Shown here: positions 21,082 to 31,081 of the stretch, one piece after another
How positions within the stretch are numbered: the first letter of the stretch is position 1
How the letters are laid out: each line of letters begins with the position of its first letter
Notes under the pieces: generated by a model
Databases searched by the model: none
The model's input: the letters and a program-made list of their open reading frames with translations, nothing else
What the model was told of the DNA's origin: nothing
Made by a program: the position numbers and the translations under genes
From: Bdellovibrionota bacterium
GTDB taxonomy: Bacteria; Bdellovibrionota_C; UBA2361; OMII01
DNA: 64,000 bases
Direction: 5' to 3'
NCBI GenBank assembly: GCA_044360075.1
Contig: JBIKLA010000005.1
Span: forward strand, 84,095 to 148,094

Positions 21082-24000
21082 CTAAGGAGCTGGTGGCTGG
21101 ACGGCCCCTTGCGGTGGTTTCGCAGGTACGGTTGTGCCAAGAATTCGTTCAACGTGTAGCAGGTCCACGGGCTTCGTTAAGTGCTCTGAAAAGCCCGCCT
21201 CCTGTGCTCGCGCCTTGTCCTCGGCGGCACCCCAGCCGGTAAGCGCAATGAGGGTCACCTCGTCACCATGCGGGAGCTTTCGTATCGCTTTGGCCGCCTC
21301 ATAGCCCGACATTCCGGGCAGCCCGATGTCGAGAAAGATGACGCGCGGAAGCGGGGCTTTGAGGCTCTCAAGAGCCTCCTCTGCCGAGTGGGCGACGTCG
21401 ACCGTATGTCCCATCATCGACATGAAGAGCGCGAGGCTCTCAGCTCCGTCCTCGTTGTCATCGACGACGAGGACCCGCTGTGAGATAAAAGGCGCGGGCT
21501 CGGCGGGCGCTGGCGGCGCGGAAGGGATAACGACCGTCTCCGCGGCATAAACGGGGAGGTGGACGATGAAGGTGCTGCCTTTGTCCTCACCGTCGCTTGA
21601 TGCGCGAACATCGCCTCCGTGCAGCTCCGCGATCTTTCTCACAAGAGCGAGCCCGATCCCGAGGCCGCCCTGAGAGCGCTCAAGCGTCTTGTTCACTTGC
21701 CCAAACATGTTAAAGACTGACTCCAACATGTCAGGGGGTATGCCTAATCCGTTATCCTTAATCGTAATCTGGGCCGTGCCGTTTTGTCGGGACACAATGA
21801 GTGAGATGGTGCCGCCATCCGGGGTGTACTTGGCGGCGTTGCTCAGGAGGTTGGTTATCACCTGGCAGAGGCGGACGGTATCACCCCGCAGCTTGATAGG
21901 CTGCTCAGGCATATGAACATGGAGGGTGTGATTAGCTGCGTTTATGATTGGGCGTGAAGCCTCCACTGCTGACTCGACGATCTCCTGGAGAACGAGGTCG
22001 CCGTGTTTTAGCCGCAGACGCCCCTGCGTTATGCGCGCCACGTCAAAGAGGTCGTCGATGAGGCGAACCATGTGCTCAACCTGGCGCTGCATGATCTCTC
22101 GTGTCCGAGGCGCCTCGGGACCGAAGGGGTTTTTCTTGAGCAGCGACAATCCGGTGCGGATCGGGGCAAGGGGGTTCCGCAGCTCGTGGGCGAGCGTTGC
22201 AAGGAACTCATCCTTGCGCTGCGCCGCAAGGCGCAGCGTCTCCCGAGCCTCGCGCTGTTCAGAGATGTCGGTCTGGATGCCTAAAGCCCGCAGCGGCCTG
22301 CCGCTGGGGTCTCGCTCAACTACTCGGCCGCGCCCCAGGGTCCAGAGCCACGATCCGTCTTTCTTTTTAAGGCGGTACTCCGCCTCGTATGCTGGCTTCT
22401 TGCCATCCAGTTGAGCTTTAAGCTCCTTAAGGACACCGGGCATGTCATCGGGATGGACGAGCGACTCCCATGAGTGGATGGTGGGCGCAACTTCTTTGGG
22501 GTCATAGCCAAGCATGGAGAACCACAAGCCACCATATTCGACGGATTCAGTCGAGATCTTCCAGTCCCAAAAGCCAAGCTGGCCGGCCTCAAGGACGAGC
22601 TCGAGGCGGCGGCGGTCCTCCTCGACCTGCCGCAGGAGATTCAGCCTGTCGGTTGTGTCGAAAGCGGCGCCGATCAGGCGAGTTGGTGCCCCGTCCGAAT
22701 CATAGTAAATTGCGCCAGAGGATTCGATCGAGTGTACACGCTCGTCTGGAGATCGGAATCGGTACAAGCCATAGAAAGCTGGGTCATGCCTCTTAAAGCG
22801 CTCCTGGAGGTCAGCCTCAATTATCTTCACGTCCTCGGCGAAGGCAAGGGCCGCCCAATCGCTGTAAGAAAAGCCAGGCTGTCCGCTTTGCACGCTGTGA
22901 AGGGCGTACATCTGCTCGGACCAGATCAGGTTGTTGGTCTTGATGTCCCAGTCCCATAGTCCCACCTTGCCGGCCCGCTCGGCCAGCCGAATGCGGGTAG
23001 TCTCCTCCTCAAGCTTAGAGACTAAGAAGGTGCGCTCTAGCAGCATCGCTATTGAATGCAGAACCACCTCCCGCAGCTCTGCCGTACAGCTCTCATCCTC
23101 GTGCTGCTGGCAGGGATAAAAACAAACGACGAATCCCCAGCGATTGCCGGGCGATAAGCGTATCGCCCGAATGCGCGAAGCGCAGAGGCTCCGGGCGGAG
23201 CACGCGGCCGAGGTCTCCGCATCAAAGAAGGCAGCGAGATCTGAGAGCGTCACGTCATCCTTGTCAGCGCCTGCCGTGATAAGGGCGCGCCGATTGTGCT
23301 CAGATGCAAGGTGCTCGAAGAGCACCTGAGTGTCATCCGCTCCCGGTGAGGGATACTGATGCACTGTATTGCGGCGGGTGCCCTCCTCAATGATGCAGCA
23401 GATATCCCCCGGAAGGAGCTCGCGAGCCACCTCCGAGAGTGCTTGCGCGATGGTATCGACTCCGGCGCCCGCTCTGGCAAGGTCGACGATCCGTCGCTGG
23501 AAGGCGAGCTTGCTTCGCAGTTTCTGCTCGCTGTTGCGCGCCTCGGTGAGCTCACTCACGTCGCGCAACGCATACGAGAGGCGACTTGCTACAATAAGGT
23601 CGCGCTGTATCGGCACCACCTCTCCCACGAACCAGCGGCGCTGTCCCTCGTGTATTACGGAGCCCTTGAAATAAATGGGCTTGCGCTCGGCGAGGCTCTC
23701 GCGGCACCTCTCAAGCAGCAAGGCATCAAGGTTCTTGCCAACAGGAAGCTCGGAAGATCGCTTGCCGACACTCTCGCCAGGGGGGACTCCATAGAACCGG
23801 CAGGCGCTGTCGCTGTCGTAGATGTGGCGAAGCTCACCATCTTCAGGGCTCACGATACCCATAAGCATGGTTGACTGCGACATGAATGACGCGGTGAGCT
23901 GCTTGCGGGCATGCGCGGCTACAAGCGCCACGGGCAGCGGGGACCGGTGGTGCTTCCAGTTGAGCCAGACGGATCTTATGATTGCGCCAACAACAAGTAA

Positions 24001-24180
24001 TTCGACGATTCCCAGGACCGTGACCGCCTGGAGCTGCCCTTCAAAGGGCTTCTTGATTACAAACGCCAACGCTGTGCCAATCCCGGCCGCAACGACGAGT
24101 CCGAACAGGGCGCGCTGCTTATGGCTGGGGGAGCCGGGATTTCGGTAGTCTAGGTCTGAGCTTGACGGCGACCATTTCAT
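21082..24180 (-). CDS. hybrid sensor histidine kinase (2 TM, GAF/PAS x3, HisKA, HATPase, C-terminal receiver)
   Basis: H-box LATLAHELRNPLAPI; N/G boxes (NLLSNAAKYT, GGLGIGL); receiver VLVVDDNED...FLDIGLPGMSG. Confidence 0.85.
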   Translation of the reverse strand: MKWSPSSSDLDYRNPGSPSHKQRALFGLVVAAGIGTALAFVIKKPFEGQLQAVTVLGIVELLVVGAIIRSVWLNWKHHRSPLPVALVAAHARKQLTASFMSQSTMLMGIVSPEDGELRHIYDSDSACRFYGVPPGESVGKRSSELPVGKNLDALLLERCRESLAERKPIYFKGSVIHEGQRRWFVGEVVPIQRDLIVASRLSYALRDVSELTEARNSEQKLRSKLAFQRRIVDLARAGAGVDTIAQALSEVARELLPGDICCIIEEGTRRNTVHQYPSPGADDTQVLFEHLASEHNRRALITAGADKDDVTLSDLAAFFDAETSAACSARSLCASRIRAIRLSPGNRWGFVVCFYPCQQHEDESCTAELREVVLHSIAMLLERTFLVSKLEEETTRIRLAERAGKVGLWDWDIKTNNLIWSEQMYALHSVQSGQPGFSYSDWAALAFAEDVKIIEADLQERFKRHDPAFYGLYRFRSPDERVHSIESSGAIYYDSDGAPTRLIGAAFDTTDRLNLLRQVEEDRRRLELVLEAGQLGFWDWKISTESVEYGGLWFSMLGYDPKEVAPTIHSWESLVHPDDMPGVLKELKAQLDGKKPAYEAEYRLKKKDGSWLWTLGRGRVVERDPSGRPLRALGIQTDISEQREARETLRLAAQRKDEFLATLAHELRNPLAPIRTGLSLLKKNPFGPEAPRTREIMQRQVEHMVRLIDDLFDVARITQGRLRLKHGDLVLQEIVESAVEASRPIINAANHTLHVHMPEQPIKLRGDTVRLCQVITNLLSNAAKYTPDGGTISLIVSRQNGTAQITIKDNGLGIPPDMLESVFNMFGQVNKTLERSQGGLGIGLALVRKIAELHGGDVRASSDGEDKGSTFIVHLPVYAAETVVIPSAPPAPAEPAPFISQRVLVVDDNEDGAESLALFMSMMGHTVDVAHSAEEALESLKAPLPRVIFLDIGLPGMSGYEAAKAIRKLPHGDEVTLIALTGWGAAEDKARAQEAGFSEHLTKPVDLLHVERILGTTVPAKPPQGAVQPPAP

Positions 24181-24294
24181 GAGAGCGCATACCCTACCGC
24201 AAGCATAGCCGATCCGGCATGACAGTCGTCATGTCGAATCCAAAATGTGCTTGGGTATCGAGGCACTAAAAAGCCTGCGATGAGCTATGCCGAG

Positions 24295-26376
24295 CTAAAA
24301 CTGGAGTGTGCCCCGCGTAGACTCGTCGAAGTAGGCCTCAGCCTGCTTGCGGTACACGCGGGCGTATTCGCCGTTGCTTGCGAGGAGCGCCTCGTGGCTT
24401 CCGAACTCCTTGATGGTGCCGCCCCCGAGAACGATGATGAGGTCACAGTTGCGGAGCTGGTCGAGCTTGTGGGTCACCAGCGCGAAGGTCCTCTTGCCGG
24501 GGAAGTCAAAGAGAGCCTTGTTGATCTCAATCTGCATGTCGGGATCGAGCTTGGCGGTGTGCTCATCGAGGGAGCAAAACTTGGCGCCAGTTGCGATCGT
24601 GCGCGCGATGCAGATCAGCTGCTGCTGGCCGCCCGAAAAGCTTTTGCCGTGTTCAAACTGCGAGCCGTTGATAGTCTTTAGCCCAAGGGGCTTGTCGTGA
24701 AAGAGTACCTGGCGGATGCCGAGCGTGTCGACAACCTCTTCCGCAGCCATGCCGCCGACCTCGGGCCGCACGCCGAGCTCGATGATGTCCTCAACTGAGA
24801 GGCCCGGGAATGCCTCGTAGTCCTGAGTGAGGTGGGCCCCGAACACGCGGTTGTGCCGAAGGTCGTGGCAGCCGATAACCACCTTGCCAGAGGAGGGCTC
24901 AAGGCGGCCTGAGAGAAGCTTAATCAGGGTCGACTTGCCTGTGCCGTTGGGCCCGATGATGCCCACCTTGGAGCCACCAGGGATGACGATCTGTCCCGGA
25001 ATGTTGAGGGTGTCCCTCCGCGCGCCTGGGTAGCGCAGCCGAACATCCTCAAGCACGATATCGGGCGCCTGATCGAGCAGCTGAAACGTCTTGCCGTCGT
25101 TTAGCTTCTCGGACATCTCAAGAAGCTGGTAACGCAGCGAGGCGAACTCAAGCTTTGTGACCTGCCTGCTGAACAGGTCCGAGAGGGCGTTGATATCGCC
25201 CTTGACCGAGTAGAGCGAGTAGACGAGCCACAAGCAGGTTGCAGGAGAGATGTCGCCCACCATCGCACTCATGACGACCCCGGCATACGACACCGATACG
25301 AGCGCCTCACAGCCAAAGTCAGAGACGAGATCATCGGCGAGATTCTTGATGGTCGCGGCTCGCCGAATGGCGTAGCTGTTGCGGCTCCAATCCATCACCT
25401 TTTCGACCATGCGCTTTGAGGCAGCGAGGAGGCTTAGGTCGGTGAGTCCGCTGTTGTTGAGCAGCGAGGTTCTGCCGTAATTGACCCGCTGGTCGAACGC
25501 GGATGCCGAATCCTCCGCCTCAATCGAGCGCCCAGAGCACCGCACGGCGCAGCCGTAGGCGAGCCAGCCGCCAAGAAATACCGGGAGGGTCCATAGCCCG
25601 TACCCGCTTAAGATGATCGCACCGGTAGTGATGCCGAGCTCAATCATCTGCTTGCTACCAGAGAAGCTGCCCTCAACGAGCGAGCGAATCGAGTACTCGT
25701 TGCGGCGGATCTTGGTAAGGATCTTTTGCACATCCCGTCGCTCGACGACCTCGGGCGGGAGGTTTGTAGTTGCCTCGAAGATGGACTCGGAGAGATATGG
25801 CTCAATCTTCTCGGTGTGACGCTCCGAGGCGACATCCTCCTTGTACTGAAGGTACCGGTATGCCACTGCCGTAAGGATGCTCGCACCGAGCCACCAGAAG
25901 ACCCCGTTGGCTCCAGCCGGATCCGTCGCTACCTCACCGGCAAGCCCCAGCGTCTTCGAGGTGGCAAACGAGCTTGCCACGAGAGCAACGGCGCCAACGG
26001 TCGTGTAGGCGAGTCGCCTGGACCATGTGTCCTTCGTCTGGTTCCACGCCTCAGAGATGCTTCGCAGATAGTCCTTAAAGAGAGATCGCTCTCCCGTTGA
26101 CGCGATCAGCTCTGACACCGCAAGCTCGGGTCGGGTCTCGCGTGCGGGGTGCTGCTCTAGGTCATTGGCGGCAGTGAGGAGCTGCTTTGGGTGCTCAAGG
26201 TCCGCGATCGGGGCTTGGGGAGCTTGGCCTTCAGGCGAAGCAATGGGCGCGGGAACGGGCGTGTCGCCCTTTGGCTCGTTCGGTTTGTTGTCCGGCGCCT
26301 GAGAGCGCTCGATAAAGCCCATGCGAATTTCCCAACCCTGCAACAAAAAACGTTGCTGGATCGCTCGTGTTAACAC
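24295..26376 (-). CDS. ABC exporter, fused permease and ATPase
   Basis: Six-TM N-terminal domain; Walker A GPNGTGKST; signature FSGGQQQ; Walker B; the start may be the internal MGFIERS. Confidence 0.85.
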   Translation of the reverse strand: MLTRAIQQRFLLQGWEIRMGFIERSQAPDNKPNEPKGDTPVPAPIASPEGQAPQAPIADLEHPKQLLTAANDLEQHPARETRPELAVSELIASTGERSLFKDYLRSISEAWNQTKDTWSRRLAYTTVGAVALVASSFATSKTLGLAGEVATDPAGANGVFWWLGASILTAVAYRYLQYKEDVASERHTEKIEPYLSESIFEATTNLPPEVVERRDVQKILTKIRRNEYSIRSLVEGSFSGSKQMIELGITTGAIILSGYGLWTLPVFLGGWLAYGCAVRCSGRSIEAEDSASAFDQRVNYGRTSLLNNSGLTDLSLLAASKRMVEKVMDWSRNSYAIRRAATIKNLADDLVSDFGCEALVSVSYAGVVMSAMVGDISPATCLWLVYSLYSVKGDINALSDLFSRQVTKLEFASLRYQLLEMSEKLNDGKTFQLLDQAPDIVLEDVRLRYPGARRDTLNIPGQIVIPGGSKVGIIGPNGTGKSTLIKLLSGRLEPSSGKVVIGCHDLRHNRVFGAHLTQDYEAFPGLSVEDIIELGVRPEVGGMAAEEVVDTLGIRQVLFHDKPLGLKTINGSQFEHGKSFSGGQQQLICIARTIATGAKFCSLDEHTAKLDPDMQIEINKALFDFPGKRTFALVTHKLDQLRNCDLIIVLGGGTIKEFGSHEALLASNGEYARVYRKQAEAYFDESTRGTLQF

Positions 26377-26407
26377 ACGAACCCCCTAAACGCGAGGGCC
26401 GGGAGAG

Positions 26408-28090
26408 CTAGCGCTTGCGCCAGGCCCGGACGGTGGAGAAAACGTCGGGAATGATCGGCAACCACGATTGGGTTTGGGTTGGATCTGTCGGTTTTAGAAG
26501 TGGAAGCTCGATCGGATCTGCTTCTGCGGAGGCGAAGAACTCATCGCACGCCTGGCGAATGCCCGGCTCCTTGTTGCCGTGGTGAAAGAGAATGTAGTCC
26601 CGGTTCTCGCCCGTAAGAGGAGGGAGGTAATCGTGCACGATGAGGAGGCCACCTGCGGCGAGGAGCGGATAGTAGAGCTCAAGGTCGCGTTTAACTCCCT
26701 CGTACGAGTGGTCGCCGTCGATAAAAATTGCATCGGCGATGCGGCCCTCACGCCGGTACTCCTCGGCGATCAACGGAGCGGCAACATCCGAGAACATCTT
26801 GAGGTGACGCACCTCCGGTCCGAGCTCCCGCAGCACCTGATAGAACTGGGCCTGGCCAGACGGCTCGACGGCGCAGAGCCGCATCGGGAGTCCGTGGCTC
26901 TTGAGCGAGATGTAGCTTTGCAAAAGCGAGGCCCCCGCGTACGAGCCGACCTCAACAAACGAGATCTCCCGGCGCTGCTTCGATGGCGTGAGCTCGGAGG
27001 CGAGGAGCCAGTAAAGCTGGAACCTCTCATTCTCGGACATCTGGCTCTCGACGCCGAATTGGGAGATGTCACAAAGCCTAAAGCCACTGACACTCTCCGG
27101 AGGAAGATTAGGATTAAGCGGAAACTGATCTGGCTTTTCCAGCCAGACTCCCGTTTCATCAATCTGGCGCAGGACTGGGCGCACGCCTCGTACCGCAAAG
27201 AAGTCATCACATGCCTTTCGGCAGCCTGCCCAGTAGCCGTAATCGTCAACCTGTATGACTGCGCGATCAGCCAGCTGGCCATAAAGATTGTCAAGGATGC
27301 TCTTGGTTGACGAATGCCAATCAGCATCCATGTGCAGCAGCGCTATGCTTCCCACCCAATTGCGCGTGGCTGGCAGCGTTGAATCAAAAAAACCCTCGAC
27401 CGGGCGGATAAGGTCTGAGATGCCGAGCTTGCGGCTCACCTCCTCTAGGCTGCGCAGGGGTGCCGCGCACGTGCCTGTTCCCCATCCGGTATCATCGGCA
27501 GCTATTCCGTCGTGGTGATCTTCAGCACTCGGGGTAGGCATGCCACAGAATGAGTCGAAGCTCCACAGCAGCCGCGGGCTTCGGCTGTACCTGCGAATAA
27601 CGTAAGCCAACAGGGCTGAGGATCCGCCACCTGCAACCCCACATTCCACGAAGTTGCCCTGAATGTTTTCCAGGCAGAGTCGGCGGGCCTGATTAAACAG
27701 GTTGTGGAGTCGCTCGGTGCTCAGCATGGTGTAGGGCCGGATGATCTCGAGAACCTGTATGAAGTCCGGGTCGTTGATCGTGCTTGGGCGGCTGGAAGGA
27801 ATGACCTCGACCTCAAGATAGTCAAGCAGCCGTTTCGCCTCCTGGTTGTTCGGAAATAGGCACAGCTCCTCGCGCAGCGACTGGACTGCATCCTGGAAGC
27901 GGCCCATGTTCACCAGGCACGCTCCGCGGATCAGATCGAGATTGATAGTGGGGACGCGGAAGCTCTTGGCCTTCGCTGCCGCATCGAATGCCTGCTGCAC
28001 TGCGCCAGACTGCAAAAGCTTGCTGGCCTCTGCCAACAGCCCTTGAACGACCGCGGTATCGTGAGGGGGGTGAGAGGGGTGGTTGCTCAT
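26408..28090 (-). CDS. TPR protein with two fused class-I SAM methyltransferase domains (TylF/macrocin-O-MTase-like plus Methyltransf_24-like)
   Basis: N-terminal TPR; FVECGVAGGGS (TylF-like motif I); C-terminal FVEVGSYAGAS...DAIFIDGDHSYEGV...HDY (CmcI/MT24-like); the start was taken at ATG 28088-28090 (MSNHPS). Confidence 0.65.
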   Translation of the reverse strand: MSNHPSHPPHDTAVVQGLLAEASKLLQSGAVQQAFDAAAKAKSFRVPTINLDLIRGACLVNMGRFQDAVQSLREELCLFPNNQEAKRLLDYLEVEVIPSSRPSTINDPDFIQVLEIIRPYTMLSTERLHNLFNQARRLCLENIQGNFVECGVAGGGSSALLAYVIRRYSRSPRLLWSFDSFCGMPTPSAEDHHDGIAADDTGWGTGTCAAPLRSLEEVSRKLGISDLIRPVEGFFDSTLPATRNWVGSIALLHMDADWHSSTKSILDNLYGQLADRAVIQVDDYGYWAGCRKACDDFFAVRGVRPVLRQIDETGVWLEKPDQFPLNPNLPPESVSGFRLCDISQFGVESQMSENERFQLYWLLASELTPSKQRREISFVEVGSYAGASLLQSYISLKSHGLPMRLCAVEPSGQAQFYQVLRELGPEVRHLKMFSDVAAPLIAEEYRREGRIADAIFIDGDHSYEGVKRDLELYYPLLAAGGLLIVHDYLPPLTGENRDYILFHHGNKEPGIRQACDEFFASAEADPIELPLLKPTDPTQTQSWLPIIPDVFSTVRAWRKR

Positions 28091-28233
28091 GGCTGTCTTC
28101 CGTCGAGATGATTGTCCGGCACTGCTCAGGTTAAGAGTCAGCCATGCACCGCCGGGATTCCGGATTCTTCCTGCAGGAATCAGCACAAGGGGCTGATTAC
28201 GTGGCGTTTGTTAGTGCTTCAAAGGGTGAGAGC

Positions 28234-29772
28234 CTAGGCAGCGTTACCCAGTTTATCCTGGAGCTCCTTGGCCTCCCGGAATTCGGGAGCAAGAGCCCGC
28301 ACCTGTGCCAGGCTCTGTCGCGCCAGGTCGACCTGTCCCAGCCGCTGCGCGAGCACCGCGGCATACCACCAAGCCCGCCAGTGGGGGAATCTCAGCTTGA
28401 GCGCCTCGCTGAACTCTACGAGCGCGTCCACAAGCTGCCCATCCCCGAACTTTGCGAGTCCTGACCAGAAGCAAAGAAACGGATCGGATGTGTAGAAGCT
28501 TCGGTAGCTCCTGATGCCGCTGCGCTTCATGAGGGCACTGGCGTGCACTATCCGGTTGTCTGCATGAAAAAGCGCTTGGGCTCCTGAGGGCTCAAGGGTA
28601 TCGAGGAAAAGATCTCGGGAGTTTCCAAGCGAGTCGAGAAAGCGCTGCGCTCCACTTGAGATGCTTGTTGCCGGGATGGAGCCGAGCTCTGTTGGGGGTG
28701 AATGGGGGCGCTTCTCTAGGCGCATTATGCAATCAAGAACTGGATTGAGCCTGCGTGCGGCGTGCTCCGCACCGAAGATCTGGCAGGCATACACTTGCGC
28801 ATTGCGACCAATGCGCTCCCGATCTTCAGGGCTCTTGTAAAGGTGCTCAAGCGCTTGGGCGTATTCGCGCTCAGAGTGCACGACGTATCCGGTAAAGTCG
28901 TTCATGACGAGGTGCTTCACGCCGCCATACGGGAACACAACCGGCGGAATCCCACAAAACATGACCTCTTGCAAATTAAGCTCTGCAGCAGCGTAGTTGT
29001 CCTCGCACAGGGGATAGCCGTACGCATCCAGAATCGAAAGTACCGCGCCGATGTCGTGTACCATGCCGCGCACATCGAAATCACCAACGCGGCCGATCTG
29101 TGCGGCCTGAGCCTTTAAGGTGGCCTGGTCCCCTCCGGGGCCGCACACGACAAATCGGGCGTCCGGGATTCGGACTGCTGCGGACATCTGGATAAAGTTC
29201 GGGTGCATCTTTGAGAAGTCAACGGTGCCGATGTAGCCGATGTTGAACCCATCGTGGGGAACCCTTCGCACTCCCTCAAGGCGGGCGAAGTCAGTTGCGT
29301 CGTAGACCATCGCCGTTTTCGCTGCGCGAACATCTGGAGCGAGGCTTGCAAAGGCTGGGCTCTCTAAGGTGTAGGGACTGCCGGCGATAGTGAAGTCGAG
29401 CATGTGCATAAGCGTCGGCGGAACGCTTTGCGGGTCGTGATGCCCCCCCACATGAATCCATGCTGCCAGTCGGCATGGCGGAAGGGCCGTGCGGACGAAG
29501 TTGTCCATCTCAGGGCTGTTCCACCATTGGAGCAGTACGATGTCATGCTCAGCGATAAGCTTGAGGAGCGCGCTGTGGTTATCGGGATGCTCAATGATCA
29601 TGCCGGAGGCGGTAGCGAGCACGTGCGCGGCTGCATCGTCCTTGTGAGGGGCAAGCGATACGATCGAGTGCTCGAACAGGCCACCGTTCGAGGAATACTT
29701 TGCCGTGCCAAATACGGTTCGCGCAGCCCCGCCGAGGGACAAGGACTCAATAATGTTGAGGACGCGAACCAT
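28234..29772 (-). CDS. GT4 (GT-B) glycosyltransferase with a C-terminal TPR domain
   Basis: Glycos_transf_1-type C-lobe (FCGIPPVVFPYGGVKHLV...YVVHS) followed by TPR-like helices (WWYAAVLAQRLGQVDLARQ). Confidence 0.75.
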   Translation of the reverse strand: MVRVLNIIESLSLGGAARTVFGTAKYSSNGGLFEHSIVSLAPHKDDAAAHVLATASGMIIEHPDNHSALLKLIAEHDIVLLQWWNSPEMDNFVRTALPPCRLAAWIHVGGHHDPQSVPPTLMHMLDFTIAGSPYTLESPAFASLAPDVRAAKTAMVYDATDFARLEGVRRVPHDGFNIGYIGTVDFSKMHPNFIQMSAAVRIPDARFVVCGPGGDQATLKAQAAQIGRVGDFDVRGMVHDIGAVLSILDAYGYPLCEDNYAAAELNLQEVMFCGIPPVVFPYGGVKHLVMNDFTGYVVHSEREYAQALEHLYKSPEDRERIGRNAQVYACQIFGAEHAARRLNPVLDCIMRLEKRPHSPPTELGSIPATSISSGAQRFLDSLGNSRDLFLDTLEPSGAQALFHADNRIVHASALMKRSGIRSYRSFYTSDPFLCFWSGLAKFGDGQLVDALVEFSEALKLRFPHWRAWWYAAVLAQRLGQVDLARQSLAQVRALAPEFREAKELQDKLGNAA

Positions 29773-29932
29773 GCAGAATGCCCGTCAGCAGGGGTAGCCC
29801 CTTCGATGTTAAGATGCAGTTTTCGGGGGCAGGTATTCGTGTAGTACATGCCCGAAGAAACCTCATGAAACAGCATGGTTAGCGGCACTAGCTGAGCCAA
29901 GTCATGCCCTGTAGGCGCGGCTCGGGCTAGGT

Positions 29933-30637
29933 TTGCCCGGCATGCAACGGCGGTATCACGACAGAAAGGAGGCGGGCCAAGCCTTGGCGAAGGATCTCGG
30001 CAGGGCAGGAATCCTTGGCAACGCAGTTGTTGTCGCGCTGCCGCGGGGAGGTGTTCCTGTAGGGGTTGAGGTTGCACGCAGCCTGGCAGCGCCGCTCGAT
30101 ATCGTCACGGTAAAAAAGATCGGGGCTCCAGCGCAGTCGGAGCTGGCCTGCGGCGCTGTGGCGGTGGACGGCAGCATCGTGTGGAACGACACGCTTCTTT
30201 ATTCCCTTGGGATCACACAGGCAGAGCTATCGCGGGTGAAAGAGCGGGCGCTGCAGGAGGCGCGAAAACTCGATCATGCGCTTCGCTCGCCGAGTGCTCC
30301 TGCGCTCTCGGTCTATGCCAAGACAGCAATCGTCGTGGACGATGGGCTTGCGACGGGCGCAACGATGAGGGCGGCCCTTAAGGCTATCTTGCTGCAAAAG
30401 CCTCAGCGAATCATCGTCGCGGTGCCAGTGGGGCCTGACGAAACCTGCAAAGAGATTGAGGCGATGGGTTATACGGTCGTTTGCCCCCTGCGCGTCCCGG
30501 AAGGGGAGCTCTTGAGTGTGGGCAAGTGGTATGACGACTTCTCTCAAGTTGAGAGCGGCGATTGCCGGGACATGCTTGAAGAGAGCAGGGGACACACCGG
30601 GGGACCCAGGCCGCTAGAGCCGCATGCGGTTCATTGA
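29933..30637 (+). CDS. predicted phosphoribosyltransferase
   Basis: YHDRKEAGQALAKDL...VVALPRGGVPVG...AIVVDDGLATGATM PRTase motifs. Confidence 0.7.
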   Translation: MPGMQRRYHDRKEAGQALAKDLGRAGILGNAVVVALPRGGVPVGVEVARSLAAPLDIVTVKKIGAPAQSELACGAVAVDGSIVWNDTLLYSLGITQAELSRVKERALQEARKLDHALRSPSAPALSVYAKTAIVVDDGLATGATMRAALKAILLQKPQRIIVAVPVGPDETCKEIEAMGYTVVCPLRVPEGELLSVGKWYDDFSQVESGDCRDMLEESRGHTGGPRPLEPHAVH

Positions 30638-30652
30638 TGCAATAGGCGCTTG

Positions 30653-30841
30653 CTAGTTGAGCTCGCTGTCTGGGGGCATGTAAGGCTTGCGAGCGATCTC
30701 TTCGCTCAGCTCCTTGCAGAGGTCATCAATCATGTTGAACGCGCGCGCGAGTGAATCCACGCCGTCGCACGTAATCTCAATCATCTCGAACGCGAGCTCT
30801 TCGTCTGACAACTCGGGAAGGTCCTTGTCGAACTTGGACAT
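30653..30841 (-). CDS. small acidic hypothetical protein (62 aa)
   Basis: An ORF only; acidic, helical-looking. Confidence 0.3.
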   Translation of the reverse strand: MSKFDKDLPELSDEELAFEMIEITCDGVDSLARAFNMIDDLCKELSEEIARKPYMPPDSELN

Positions 30842-31081
30842 TGAGAGCGCCTCCTGGGCTAGTCACGGGTTTCACGACTACGGCTGAACCACAGCCAACT
30901 GTCAGCATTATTCGTTCCACCTATACAGGCGGCATTTTCGGGGAATTGCTTGAGGGCTAATCGCCCAAAAAGCGGCATTTCAGGGGGTTAAAAGCGGTAA
31001 AATGCGGGCTTCTAGGAGGAGTCTGCGACGGGTTTCTGACACCGGGGCAGAAAGACGGCAAGGGGCGCCCGCAGGCTGGAA

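Noticed and set aside
30920-30945. Sigma-54 promoter (TGGCAT...TTGC)
   Set aside because: The GG-to-GC spacing is ~5 nt too long relative to the TGGCAC-N5-TTGC consensus.
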